64,000 nt of DNA from Podarcis gaigeae (Eukaryota): assembly GCA_964106915.2 (NCBI GenBank), contig OZ066918.1; one strand, 5' to 3'. Shown one piece after another: positions 63,720 to 64,000 of the stretch. A program made the translations under genes and the position numbers. A model generated the notes under the pieces. The model had not been told where the DNA came from. It saw nothing but the letters and a program-made list of their open reading frames with translations, and did no database searches. Each line of letters opens with the position of its first letter. The stretch's first letter is position 1.

Positions 63720-64000
63720 AGGAAAAGTAGTAGACTGGAACTGTACGAAGTTGAAAGGGAAAGTCAAGAGGGTCAAATCTCTCCAGAATGCTCGGAGGCT
63801 ATTCAAAATCACAATAATAGAAGCTCAGCTAGAATGGAGGCTGCCGATCAGGCCAAGAGGATGTCAGCTTGGTTAATGAGCGACTCAAGGAAGAAGCTAT
63901 TAGATGCAAGAAGATGTCTTTAAGAAAATGGAAGTCTTGTCCAAAAGAGGAGAATAAAAAGGAACTCTGGCAAAAGAAATGGAAACAGGCAATAAGGGAT
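63720..64000 (+). mobile_element. CR1 LINE ORF2 fragment (EN-RT linker), running off the window
   Basis: KLKGKVKRVKSLQNARRLFK.TIIEAQ...AWL...RKWKSCPKEENKKE.WQKK, with frameshifts. Confidence 0.75.

Overview
Vertebrate nuclear DNA, almost certainly squamate and probably a lacertid lizard (inferred from Sauria SINEs, BovB, CR1, L2 and lizard-type L1). The window is mostly non-coding and transposon-rich, with two N gaps and no host protein-coding gene I can name. Main content: a near full-length L1 with a 20-bp TSD and a disabled ORF2 (49855-55984), two TSD-flanked BovB insertions, three Sauria SINEs, L2 and CR1 fragments, many TA-flanked Tc1/pogo MITEs, a solo LTR carrying a ~200-codon ORF with one internal stop, and a decayed C2H2 zinc-finger remnant. 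The most notable observation is that the apparent CpG island / first exon at ~24.3-25.3 kb lies inside a 1408-bp element (24020-25427) with perfect 17-bp TIRs and an exact 8-bp TSD. This looks like a Pack-type (gene-fragment-capturing) composite hAT element inserted into an older LTR-like repeat, not a native promoter. Family names come from recognised motifs and structure, not from database searches.
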